A DNA stretch of 20,017 bases from Candidatus Thermofontivivens primus (GTDB taxonomy: Bacteria > Sysuimicrobiota > Sysuimicrobiia > Sysuimicrobiales > Thermofontiviventaceae): assembly GCA_031458695.1 (NCBI GenBank), contig JAVKJW010000037.1, positions 1 to 20,017 of the forward strand, read 5' to 3'. Under the pieces are notes generated by a model. The model was not told the origin of the DNA. It was given only the letters and a program-made list of their open reading frames with translations, and made no database searches. This document shows, one piece after another, positions 1 to 8,310 of the stretch (position 1 is its first letter; every line of letters starts with the position of its first letter). The position numbers and the translations under genes were made by a program.

Positions 1-754
1 TTTCGCCCCGTGGGTTGCTCCCTACGACCCGGCAGCCCAAGGGCAAGAGATGCTCCTTCCGCCTTCCCTAAAGCACCCCCTCGGCACCGACGACCTAGGG
101 CGCGACCTGCTCAGTCGGATCATCTTTGGATCGCGGGTCTCCTTGTTCGTTGGGATCACTACTGTTCTCCTCGCAGCCACCTTCGGTGTCTCGCTAGGTC
201 TCATTGCTGGTTTCTACGGCAGATGGGTAGATATGCTGGTGATGCGCTACATCGACCTCCAGTGGGCATTTCCGAACTTCATCATCGCTGTCGGCCTCGT
301 GGCAATCTTCGGAACAGGCCTCGTGAATGTGATCGTGGCCATCACCCTTGCCTTCCTCGATGATTTCGCCCGGATCACCCGGGGCATGGTCCTGGCTATC
401 CGGGAGGAGGAGTATGTCTCTGCGGCGAGAGCGGTAGGGGCCTCGGACCGCCGGATCCTCCTGCGCCATATTCTCCCCAACACCCTCTCCCCCGTAATCG
501 TCCAAGGGACGGTGAGCATCTCCTACGCCATCCTCGGGGAGGCAGCGCTTTCATTCCTCGGATTAGGCGTCAAGCCCACCACCCCTACTTGGGGACTCAT
601 CCTCAACGACGCCCGTCCCTTCTTTACCACTGCCTGGTGGTTGGGGGTTTTCCCGGGCCTTGCCATCATGCTGGTGGTGCTGGCCATCAACTTCGTTGGA
701 GATGGCCTCCGAGACTTGATGGATGTGAAGGAGTACCAAGAGGCGAGAAGGTAG
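1..754 (+). CDS. Peptide/nickel ABC transporter permease (DppC/OppC family), 5'-truncated by the window edge
   Basis: The frame is open from base 2 (FAPWVAPYDP...), so the gene starts upstream of the window. It has HPLGTDDLGRD, the EAA-like loop EEEYVSAARAVGAS...RHILPN, SFLGLG...PTWG and several hydrophobic segments. Confidence 0.93.
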   Translation, partial: FAPWVAPYDPAAQGQEMLLPPSLKHPLGTDDLGRDLLSRIIFGSRVSLFVGITTVLLAATFGVSLGLIAGFYGRWVDMLVMRYIDLQWAFPNFIIAVGLVAIFGTGLVNVIVAITLAFLDDFARITRGMVLAIREEEYVSAARAVGASDRRILLRHILPNTLSPVIVQGTVSISYAILGEAALSFLGLGVKPTTPTWGLILNDARPFFTTAWWLGVFPGLAIMLVVLAINFVGDGLRDLMDVKEYQEARR

Positions 755-786
755 CATGCGGGTTTACAGGTTGGCAAGTGAGAAGG

Positions 787-1779
787 TTATCGGGGAGGGG
801 TTTGCGAAACAACCGCAGCGACTGCCGCCTGAATGTTTTCCTGAGGGGTATCCAAGGGAATCACGCACCCAGGCCCAAGGATATGTCCCACACCTCCTGT
901 GCGGCGGAGACTGTCTTTCACCTCCGCGATGACCTCCTCTGGTGTGCCCTTCGAGAGCGTTCCCTGTTCATCGATTCCCCCTAGGAGGCAACCCGAGTAG
1001 CGTTTTCTCGCTTCCTCGAGGGGAGGCCACGTCCCGCGGTCGTGCCAGTTGATGATGTGCACAGGATAGTCAGTAAAAAGATCGAACAAGATATTCCGCC
1101 CGTGGAGGTGGAGGATGATGCAACCCACCCCTGCAGCAGCCTCTAGCACACGCAGGTCGTAAGGGCGCCCGAACTCCTCATACTGCTCTTCGGACAAGTA
1201 GTCTGTTGTGGCGCACTGGGTGGCGAAGAAGATGCCGTCAGCACCTGCAGCGAGACACTCCTGGACAAAGCGGGAAGTCACCTCGGTAATGATCTCTAGC
1301 CCTGCGTGGACCTCCTCAGGGTTCTCCTGGAGGTAGCGCAATAAGGCATGATCCCCTGAGAGGGTACGAGCAATAGTGAGAGGGCTCATAATGGTCTCCA
1401 GGATTGGCACCTCCCGCCCTACCTCCTCAGCGATCAGGCGGATGGCGCGTAGCTCCCGGCCATAAGTCCCGGAGGTCACATCGAGGACCTTCAGGTGGGG
1501 CCAGTCTCCTGCTTTCTTAATAGGCCGTTCCAGATAGGTACGGGTGCCTTCACGGTTGGGACGGTATGCCGCCTTAAGCCCCCAGTCGTCCCCATAGTAG
1601 CCACTCGCAGGAGTCACTTTCAGCAGGTCGAAGTCAAACTGCCTGTAGAAGGCGATCGTGCTGGCAGCAAGCTTCTCCGCGCGCATATCGTCCTGGGGGA
1701 AGTGCCGCCACATGGCAATGGGAGGACGATCCACAGGTTTATGGTGGATGGCTGCTTGGATGCGCTCTCGCTTCGTCAT
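787..1779 (-). CDS. Uroporphyrinogen decarboxylase (URO-D)/MtaA-CmuA superfamily protein, probably not true HemE
   Basis: N-terminus MTKRERIQAAIHHKPVDRPP-x-WRHF, plus GADGIFFA, ILHLHG, INWHD and GHILGPGC...TPQENIQA. It lacks the HemE WxMRQAGR motif. Start taken at ATG 1779; the ORF-track GTG 1794 overlaps the upstream stop. Confidence 0.85.
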   Translation of the reverse strand: MTKRERIQAAIHHKPVDRPPIAMWRHFPQDDMRAEKLAASTIAFYRQFDFDLLKVTPASGYYGDDWGLKAAYRPNREGTRTYLERPIKKAGDWPHLKVLDVTSGTYGRELRAIRLIAEEVGREVPILETIMSPLTIARTLSGDHALLRYLQENPEEVHAGLEIITEVTSRFVQECLAAGADGIFFATQCATTDYLSEEQYEEFGRPYDLRVLEAAAGVGCIILHLHGRNILFDLFTDYPVHIINWHDRGTWPPLEEARKRYSGCLLGGIDEQGTLSKGTPEEVIAEVKDSLRRTGGVGHILGPGCVIPLDTPQENIQAAVAAVVSQTPPR

Positions 1780-1793
1780 GGTAATCCCACCCA

Positions 1794-2681
1794 CTACCCG
1801 TAGCGTTCCCGCATGAAGTTGAGGACCTCACGGTCCACGAGATCATCGTCCCGCCACCGTTCCTCGAAGTTCTCCAGATCGAAGAATTGCTTCAACGCTC
1901 TTTTCGTGGCTTCATCGTACACTCCCGTCTGCTCCCCTCGGTAATAGCCCAGCTTCGTGAGGATCCGCTGGATTTCCCTCACCACGTTCCCCTCGGCACG
2001 GATAAGGTTCCCTGGGGCAGTCGTCCCAAAATAGAGGCGGTGCAGCCGGAGGAGCTTGCGGAGCTCTTCTAGGGGAGCAGGGTGGTCATCCACCCTGAGG
2101 TCGATATATCGGTCGAGATAGCCCCCATAGCTCCCCTTCTCCTTGGCGACGTAAAGAGCTGCAGACTGCTGCCCTCGGCTGTCTCCTCCCTGTGCCTGGC
2201 CAGCAGCCAGCGCCTCCAGAAGGCGCTCGGGAAGAGGGCCTGGGGTATTCACGAAAGCCTCCACCATCGCCTGGACCACAGATTCTCCCGCAAGGATGTT
2301 CCCTTGGCAGGCAAAACCCTCCCCTACAATATGGCCCGCCCAGGGATAGCACTGCTTCCCCGTCCAGGCAGCGGCTCTTCCCTGGGCATCCACGACCCCG
2401 AGCTGTCGGTGATCCCTTCCTTCGTCCTCGCGGACCAGGCGTTCCACAACTTCTTCTGCAGAAAGCCCGCTACTGAGCAATTCAAGACCCCTTGGACCGT
2501 AGCTCAAGTTCGCCCACGCCTGCGTCGCAATCGCCCCGACGCTAGCTCTCGCGTACGGGACGACCGCGCCTACGGCAAGGAATTTGCTGGCGACGGCAAC
2601 CCCGATCTCTCCAGTCTTCAGGTCGATGGCAACGATGGAGAATGTGGAGGGCTTCTGTGCACGCAATCCTAACTTCTTCAT
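1794..2681 (-). CDS. DUF1028 (Ntn-hydrolase-like) protein with C-terminal putative peptidoglycan-binding domain
   Basis: TFSIVAID...GVAVASKFLAVG, GAIATQA, QGNILAG, GGDSRGQQSAAL and DLRVDDHP motifs. The C-terminal VREIQRILTKLGYY...GVYDEATKRAL resembles a PG-binding helical repeat. Confidence 0.88.
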   Translation of the reverse strand: MKKLGLRAQKPSTFSIVAIDLKTGEIGVAVASKFLAVGAVVPYARASVGAIATQAWANLSYGPRGLELLSSGLSAEEVVERLVREDEGRDHRQLGVVDAQGRAAAWTGKQCYPWAGHIVGEGFACQGNILAGESVVQAMVEAFVNTPGPLPERLLEALAAGQAQGGDSRGQQSAALYVAKEKGSYGGYLDRYIDLRVDDHPAPLEELRKLLRLHRLYFGTTAPGNLIRAEGNVVREIQRILTKLGYYRGEQTGVYDEATKRALKQFFDLENFEERWRDDDLVDREVLNFMRERYG

Positions 2682-2687
2682 GGACGT

Positions 2688-3161
2688 TCACACCTCCAGC
2701 TTCATGTGAACCATGTACGTGGTGAATCCCAGCTTTTCCCAAAAAGCCAGGGCTTGCGCATTCTGGATGGCAACTGTCAGCTCAACGAGTGTGATCCCTT
2801 GGCCCCGGAACCACTGGAGGAGCTCCCCAATGAGCTGACGTCCTACCCCTCTCAGACGGTAGCTCTCCCTCACAAAGACGTCATGGATGTACCCTCGCCT
2901 CCGGACCAGGAAGGTCCTCGGCAAAGTGCTGACCCGCCCCACGGCGTAACCCACTAGCTCCCTCTGATCCAGCGCCACAACAACAAGTGCCTCTCGGTTG
3001 CGCATCAGCGTATGGAGATATTCGACGTAGGCCTCTCCTCCCTCCGGGGAGATTGCAAAGGCAGGGTCTAAGGTGGCATGGTACGCAGCCAGCTCCTTCC
3101 ACAAGGGAACGATCTGCGGGATGTCGAAGCTCGTAGCACGGCGGATCTCGATGGCTCCCAT
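2688..3161 (-). CDS. GNAT family N-acetyltransferase
   Basis: IRRAT..D start, acetyl-CoA motif A (VFVRESYRLRGVGRQL) and NAQALAFWEKLGF. GGAGG lies 6 nt before ATG 3161, favouring it over 3167. Confidence 0.9.
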   Translation of the reverse strand: MGAIEIRRATSFDIPQIVPLWKELAAYHATLDPAFAISPEGGEAYVEYLHTLMRNREALVVVALDQRELVGYAVGRVSTLPRTFLVRRRGYIHDVFVRESYRLRGVGRQLIGELLQWFRGQGITLVELTVAIQNAQALAFWEKLGFTTYMVHMKLEV

Positions 3162-3354
3162 GGCCATCCTCCCATTGAGATCCCCACAAAACGCTCTGGG
3201 CTTTGTAGGGTGGAAACTGGATCCTCAGCGAAATCTTCTCAAAAGATTTCACTGGGACTACCGAGAATGCCGGCTATGATATCAGGAATTCCCTCGTCCG
3301 AGAAGGAATCCTGCTCTTCAGAGCGAGGTTCCTGCAGGACCAAAAGGAAGGACG

Positions 3355-4203
3355 ATGACGATGTTCTCCACCTATACCTACGCTGCCATTGACGTCGCAA
3401 GGGAAGCCGGACGGCTGCTCCTGAGTCTCCAAAGCCAGCCTCTCAAGGTCTCTTACAAAGGCGCACGGGATCTTGTGACACACGTTGACCGTGCTGCCGA
3501 ACGTCTGATCATCGAGGCTCTCCGGGAACGGTTCCCAGGCCACGCTTTCTTGGCTGAGGAAGAGGTCCAGGAAGAAGGGGAGATCCGGTGGATCATCGAT
3601 CCCATTGATGGGACCACCAACTACGCACACGGGCTCCCCCTGTTCGCGGTTTCCATTGCCCTCGAGGTGCGCGGGGAAGTGACCACAGGTGTGGTGTTCA
3701 TCCCCGCGCTGAACGAGATGTTCGTCGCCGAGCAAGGGAAGGGAGCCCACCTTGATGACGGGCGTACCCTCGTCCCCCTCAAGACCCTCTCCCTCTATAG
3801 CCCCTGGCGCCGCATCCGAGTTTCCTCCGTGAAAGATATCCGCCAGAGCGTCCTCAGCACGGGACTCCCCTATGATGTGTGGGAAACAGGTCGGAACCTC
3901 GACCACCTTACCAAACTGTGCCGGCGGGCCCAGGCGGTGCGCCTCACAGGTGCGGCAGCGATTCAACTCGCCTACGTGGCTTGTGGGCGCCTCGATGGAT
4001 TCTGGGAACCAGATCTCAAGCCTTGGGACGTAGCTGCTGGGAGCCTTCTTGTCATAGAGGCGGGAGGAATGGTCACCCTCCTGGATGGCCGTCCCTTCAC
4101 GCACCACGCAGGAGAGATCCTGGCCACGAACGGGCACATCCACAAGCAGCTCCTTGAGGCCTTGCAGGAAAAACCTCTGAAATCTTCTTATGAAATGCTG
4201 TAA
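3355..4203 (+). CDS. suhB: Inositol monophosphatase family protein (SuhB-like)
   Basis: DLVTHVD, AEE, WIIDPIDGTTNYAHG, LAYVACGRLDGFWE and WDVAAG motifs. AGGAAGGA RBS upstream. Confidence 0.9.
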   Translation: MTMFSTYTYAAIDVAREAGRLLLSLQSQPLKVSYKGARDLVTHVDRAAERLIIEALRERFPGHAFLAEEEVQEEGEIRWIIDPIDGTTNYAHGLPLFAVSIALEVRGEVTTGVVFIPALNEMFVAEQGKGAHLDDGRTLVPLKTLSLYSPWRRIRVSSVKDIRQSVLSTGLPYDVWETGRNLDHLTKLCRRAQAVRLTGAAAIQLAYVACGRLDGFWEPDLKPWDVAAGSLLVIEAGGMVTLLDGRPFTHHAGEILATNGHIHKQLLEALQEKPLKSSYEML

Positions 4204-4297
4204 ATCTTCTACAGGACCCGTGTCCCCGATAGAGAAGGGAATTCGCTTTTCCCATCGAACAACAACGTCGACCGCGTAGCCGGGAGGGGATTAAGAA

Positions 4298-5536
4298 ATG
4301 AAATACAACTTCTACAGGGGAGTTCTGGCTATCCTCATGATCTTCGCCGCTGCGGCTTTGGCAGCGGGGGCGCCGAGCATTCCATCACCTCATCTGTCCG
4401 GGGAGCATGTTCCCGATGAGCTATTGGTCAAGTTTGCTCCTTCCGTATCCCCGGATCCCGTAGCCCGTGCAGTGGGGGCACGGATCGTGGATCGCATCCC
4501 TGCCCTCGGTGTCTTTGTCTTGAAGGTCCCCACGGGAACCTTAGAAGCCACCCTCCTCGCCCTCTCCAGGAACCCGCTGGTGGAGTATGCGGAGGTCAAT
4601 GGAATCGCCTTGGCCCTTGGCATCACCCCGAACGACCCCTATGCCGATGGGGTAAACTGTTACAACTCTTCTCACGACGGGTGCGTCAGCCAGTGGGCTT
4701 GGGGGAAGATCCAGGCTTACGATGCCTGGGGGATCACCACAGGAAGCGCAGAGGTGAAGATCGCCGTCATAGACACCGGTATCGACTCAGCACACCCCGA
4801 CCTTCCCCTACTTGCCCCTGGAGCGAATTTCGTCACCAAAGGAGCGCCCCCTGAAGATGATAACGGTCACGGAACCCACGTTGCCGGCACGATCGGGGCC
4901 CTGACCAACAACGCCACCGGCGTAGCCGGCCTGAACTGGTCGATCTCCCTCGTGCCCGTGAAAGTACTCGATGCCTCTGGATCTGGAACCTACTCCGCGG
5001 TGGCCAATGGAATTACCTGGTCCGCAGATAACGGCGCGAAGGTGATCAACCTCAGCCTCGGAGGAAGCGTCCCCTCCAAGACGCTGGAGGCGGCCGTCAA
5101 GTATGCCTGGAATAAAGGCGCGGTCCTGGCCTGCGCCGCCGGGAACAGCGGCACAACTCAGAAGTTGTACCCTGCAGCCTATACCAACTGTATCGCGGTC
5201 GCTGCCACAGACGAGAACGACCAGAAGGCCAGCTTCTCCAATTACGGGAAGTGGGTAGACGTCGCCGCGCCCGGGGTCCACATCCTGTCCACGATGCCAA
5301 ACTCTCCTGTGTATCTCACCACGCAGTATGGGTATTTGCAGGACTACGATTCCCTAAGCGGTACTTCCATGGCGACGCCACACGTCGCAGGTCTAGCAGG
5401 CTTAGTCTGGGCCAGAGGGGTTTGTTCCACAAACACCTGTGTCCGCAGCCGCATCGAGACCACCGCCGATCCAATAGCTGGAACGGGGACCTACTGGACT
5501 TGGGGTCGGATCAATGCGTATAAAGCGGTGCAATAG
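4298..5536 (+). CDS. Secreted S8 subtilisin-family serine protease (thermitase-like) with signal peptide and propeptide
   Basis: Catalytic triad motifs AVIDTG, NGHGTHVAG and SGTSMATPHVAG, oxyanion AAGN. Hydrophobic signal peptide and VPDELLVKF...VEYAE pro-domain. GGAGG RBS. Confidence 0.95.
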   Translation: MKYNFYRGVLAILMIFAAAALAAGAPSIPSPHLSGEHVPDELLVKFAPSVSPDPVARAVGARIVDRIPALGVFVLKVPTGTLEATLLALSRNPLVEYAEVNGIALALGITPNDPYADGVNCYNSSHDGCVSQWAWGKIQAYDAWGITTGSAEVKIAVIDTGIDSAHPDLPLLAPGANFVTKGAPPEDDNGHGTHVAGTIGALTNNATGVAGLNWSISLVPVKVLDASGSGTYSAVANGITWSADNGAKVINLSLGGSVPSKTLEAAVKYAWNKGAVLACAAGNSGTTQKLYPAAYTNCIAVAATDENDQKASFSNYGKWVDVAAPGVHILSTMPNSPVYLTTQYGYLQDYDSLSGTSMATPHVAGLAGLVWARGVCSTNTCVRSRIETTADPIAGTGTYWTWGRINAYKAVQ

Positions 5537-5537
5537 G

Positions 5538-5568
5538 GAGCCGAGCGCTTGGCATTTGGCTCGTTTTT
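5538..5568 (+). terminator. Probable intrinsic terminator after the S8 protease
   Basis: Stem GAGCCGAG/TTTGGCTC (with G-U pairs) directly after the stop codon, followed by GTTTTT. Confidence 0.55.
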
Positions 5569-5589
5569 CGGGGGTGGAGAGATAAACTC

Positions 5590-6279
5590 TTGGATCGAAG
5601 GAAGGCCAAAAGGAGGATCGCGCAGATTCTGGAGCAGCTCCGTGCACGGTATCCCACGGTCAAGGTCCCCCTCCACCACAGAAACCCTCTAGAGCTGCTC
5701 GTGGCGACGATCCTCTCTGCACAATGCACGGATGCTACGGTCAACCGCATCACCCCCGCCCTGTTCGCACGATACCGCACTGCCAGGGATTATGCCTTCG
5801 CAAGTCCTGCTGAGTTAGAGGCACTCATTCGCCCCACCGGTTTCTACCGCCAGAAAGCGCGGGCCATCATCAACGCCTGCAGAGCCCTGATGGAACGCTT
5901 CGAAGGGGAAGTCCCTCGTACGATGGAGGAGCTCCTGACTCTCGACGGCGTAGGCCGTAAGACGGCAAATGTCATCCTGAGCTCCGCACGCCTGGAAGGC
6001 TGGACCGGATGGGATCCAAGCGCAGAGGATGGACTTGGGATTGTCGTGGATACGCATGTCCGAAGGGTTGCAAGGCGCCTTGGCCTTACCCAGAACGCGA
6101 ATCCTGAGAAAATCGAGCGTGATCTGATGGCTCTTATCCCAAGGGAGGAATGGCCATCTTTCCCCCTCCGGTTGATCTACCTGGGACGAGAGCTCTGCCG
6201 GGCGAGAAATCCCCTTTGCCACCTGTGTCCCCTCCAGACTCTTTGCCCTTCAGCCCCCAGGAGGGGAGCCTCTTTGTAA
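5590..6279 (+). CDS. nth: Endonuclease III (HhH-GPD DNA glycosylase/AP lyase with [4Fe-4S] cluster)
   Basis: LLVATILSAQCTD, HhH LDGVGRKTANV with catalytic Lys, VVDTHV with catalytic Asp, and C-x6-C-x2-C-x5-C (CRARNPLCHLCPLQTLC). TTG start. Confidence 0.95.
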   Translation: MDRRKAKRRIAQILEQLRARYPTVKVPLHHRNPLELLVATILSAQCTDATVNRITPALFARYRTARDYAFASPAELEALIRPTGFYRQKARAIINACRALMERFEGEVPRTMEELLTLDGVGRKTANVILSSARLEGWTGWDPSAEDGLGIVVDTHVRRVARRLGLTQNANPEKIERDLMALIPREEWPSFPLRLIYLGRELCRARNPLCHLCPLQTLCPSAPRRGASL

Positions 6280-6308
6280 GGCCCTCCAACTCCTGCATCA
6301 GCCAAGTA

Positions 6309-6349
6309 CCCCGGCATAGGTCTTTTGACTTTTGCCGGGGGCCTCTTTT
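6309..6349. terminator. Strong hairpin between convergent nth and HAD genes, likely terminator
   Basis: CCCCGGCA/TGCCGGGG 8-bp stem extended by AGGTC/GACTT with a TTTT loop. CTCTTTT follows on the + strand. Confidence 0.6.
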
Positions 6350-6385
6350 GAAATGACGGGGTCCTTAGCAAGAATCCTGCACGCC

Positions 6386-7168
6386 CTATACCTGTTTCCT
6401 GAGATGGCCGGGGAAGAGCAGGAGCAACTCTTTGAGGGTGCTGATGCGTAGGGCGTGAATGTTTGGGTAAGAATTGAATCGATCGAGGAGGATCGCCTTT
6501 AACCCAGCCGCTTCCGCGGATTCGACATCCCGTACTGGGTCATCTCCCACATTCGCTACCTCCCCAGGTGCCACACCAAAGCGATCGACTGCAGCCAGAA
6601 AGAGCCGGGAGTCAGGCTTCCATAAGCCCTCACCAGCGGAGGAAACGACAACCTCGAAGAACTTTGCAAGCCCCAACCGCTCCAGTAACCTCGGCAAGGA
6701 GGGCTCCCAGTTCGAGACAACCCCCAGTCGATACCCCCACTCTTTCAGGGCACGCAAAGTGGATCGGACATCTCCGAATACTTTGTGGAGCCGCCAGCTC
6801 TCCATGAACCACTCAGCCAGGGAGCCAGCGAGCGTCCGTGAGTAAGCAGGGAGAAGAAGATGGAGCAACTCATGGCTGAGATCCAGCCACATCTGTTGCT
6901 CCTCTTCCTGTGTTCGGCAGCGCCTACGAAGGTATTCATACCGCGGATGAATCGTCTCCAGCGCCTTCGAGATCCGCTCCCGCGGGATAATCACTTGGTG
7001 CTGCATCAAGTAATCCTGGAGAAGTATGCGCAAAGGACGGCGATAGGCCAGAAGCGTATTGCCGGCGTCAAAGAGGATCACCTTGACGCCGGAGAGCTGC
7101 TGGAGCAAGATCGCAGAGGGTTCCATGAACCCCATCAACCGTGGTCGTGCGTTCTCCTTTTGCATCAT
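6386..7168 (-). CDS. HAD-superfamily hydrolase (subfamily IA, REG-2-like)
   Basis: Motif I FDAGNTL, motif II VVSNW, motif III KPD and motif IV VGDDPVRD. Exact start uncertain (several Met options). Confidence 0.88.
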   Translation of the reverse strand: MMQKENARPRLMGFMEPSAILLQQLSGVKVILFDAGNTLLAYRRPLRILLQDYLMQHQVIIPRERISKALETIHPRYEYLRRRCRTQEEEQQMWLDLSHELLHLLLPAYSRTLAGSLAEWFMESWRLHKVFGDVRSTLRALKEWGYRLGVVSNWEPSLPRLLERLGLAKFFEVVVSSAGEGLWKPDSRLFLAAVDRFGVAPGEVANVGDDPVRDVESAEAAGLKAILLDRFNSYPNIHALRISTLKELLLLFPGHLRKQV

Positions 7169-7264
7169 CCCGCAAACATCCTGCAGGATCTTTGTGGAGA
7201 CGTTGGTGTATCGTGCACCCTCAGCGGTTACTTCCGCAGGGAGTATCTTAGCAAACGTGCATGA

Positions 7265-7633
7265 TCAAGAGATTTTCCTGAGGCCGCTGAGAATCTGCTC
7301 CAGCCGTTCGCGATCAAACCCCACAATCACTTCCCCCGCGAGGTGAATAATGGGTCGGCGGAGGAGGCTCGGCTCTTTCAGAATCGCCGAGAGGATCTCT
7401 TCGTCAGTGAGGGGTCTCCCTGCCGATCCCAGCTCCTTGGACCTGGGAGAACGATAGGACAACACCTCCTGAGGTCGCAAAGGACCAATTGCCTCCTTGA
7501 GCTCCTCCATCGTAAAGGGGTTCCGGAAGTAGTCCCGGACTTCCAGATCGACACCTTGTTGCAAGAGGAACTCCCTTGCCCGGCGGCACGTGGTTCAGGT
7601 GGACTTCAAGTATATCCTCGCTTTCAGGGACAT
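7265..7633 (-). CDS. ArsC/Spx-family thioredoxin-fold protein, predicted selenoprotein (UxxC, TGA at 7595-7597)
   Basis: Reading from ATG 7633 (RBS GAGGAGAGG) gives MSLKARIYLKST-TGA-TTCRRAREFLLQQGVDLEVRDYFRNPFTMEEL...EPSLLRRPII...IVGFD. The TGA sits at the first Cys position of the family CxxC motif and the frame continues into the 7265..7564 ORF. Confidence 0.88.
7561..7579 (-). promoter_or_regulatory. Putative bacterial SECIS hairpin
   Basis: mRNA GCAAGGG-AGUUC-CUCUUGC: 7-bp stem with a 5-nt loop with G in position 2. It begins 15 nt after the in-frame UGA, consistent with the general bacterial SECIS layout. Confidence 0.65.
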
Positions 7634-7661
7634 CACAACACCTCTCCTCACGTTCGCATTT

Positions 7662-7690
7662 ATCCTACACCGGTGGAGGTAGGAGCGCAA
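7662..7690 (-). promoter_or_regulatory. Putative sigma70 promoter of the ArsC/Spx-like selenoprotein gene
   Basis: TTGCGC-17 nt-TAGGAT, ending ~30 nt upstream of the ATG at 7633. Confidence 0.45.
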
Positions 7691-7713
7691 GTAGGAGCAT
7701 GAAGAGCCCAGCC

Positions 7714-8310
7714 TCAGCGAACGAAGGGGATCCTGTACCCTTCGGGGACACTGACAAGCGTGGGATAACATCCAGGGCGGGGAGATCGCCACTCCCATTT
7801 TAGAAGAAGGAACACCGCGTAGCCATACTTTTCGTATGTGGCCATATTGCGCACCTCAGGAAAGACTGCCTTTCCTGCTTCCCGCACGGGATCGCCAGGG
7901 GTCGCCAACCGCACGAGCCAATTAGCAAGCACCACCTCCTTGCCCCCCATACTCCTTCCCTGGGAGCCCAGGTGGGCGGAGATCACTGCCTCAACCCGCG
8001 CCTTGGGAGCATAGTAGGAAGAGAGTCCAGCCCAAAAAGGGGGAATATCGAGAGGTGCTGTGATGAGGGTAGCAATAGCGCCCTGACCAGGGGCGCATCC
8101 TTTCCAGAATTGAGGGGTATACGGAAAGACCTGAATGTCCGTTGGCTTCTGTGGCCATCCACGGGTAACCTCCGCGTGATCTCCCAAAATCGCAGAAAGG
8201 AAAATACCCAAATCCTGGGATGTTCCCTGTCCCCTTCCTGTCCCTTGGAAGAGACCCAGGACTCCAAGCAGGACCAAAATCCCAATGAGTTTCCTCGTCC
8301 TTATCGCCAC
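7714..8310 (-). CDS. Hypothetical exported protein, last gene of the T4SS-like operon
   Basis: Basic plus hydrophobic signal-like N-terminus (MAIRTRKLIGILVLLGVLGLFQG). GGAGG RBS, and the start overlaps the stop of the VirB6-like gene. No family recognised. Confidence 0.7.
   Translation of the reverse strand: MAIRTRKLIGILVLLGVLGLFQGTGRGQGTSQDLGIFLSAILGDHAEVTRGWPQKPTDIQVFPYTPQFWKGCAPGQGAIATLITAPLDIPPFWAGLSSYYAPKARVEAVISAHLGSQGRSMGGKEVVLANWLVRLATPGDPVREAGKAVFPEVRNMATYEKYGYAVFLLLKWEWRSPRPGCYPTLVSVPEGYRIPFVR

Noticed and set aside
787..1779. hemE gene symbol
   Set aside because: It lacks the HemE WxMRQAGR signature and has no heme-pathway neighbours.
7265..7633. arsC/spx pseudogene with a premature stop
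   Set aside because: The TGA is exactly at the catalytic Cys position and is followed by a SECIS-like hairpin, so Sec recoding is the better explanation.
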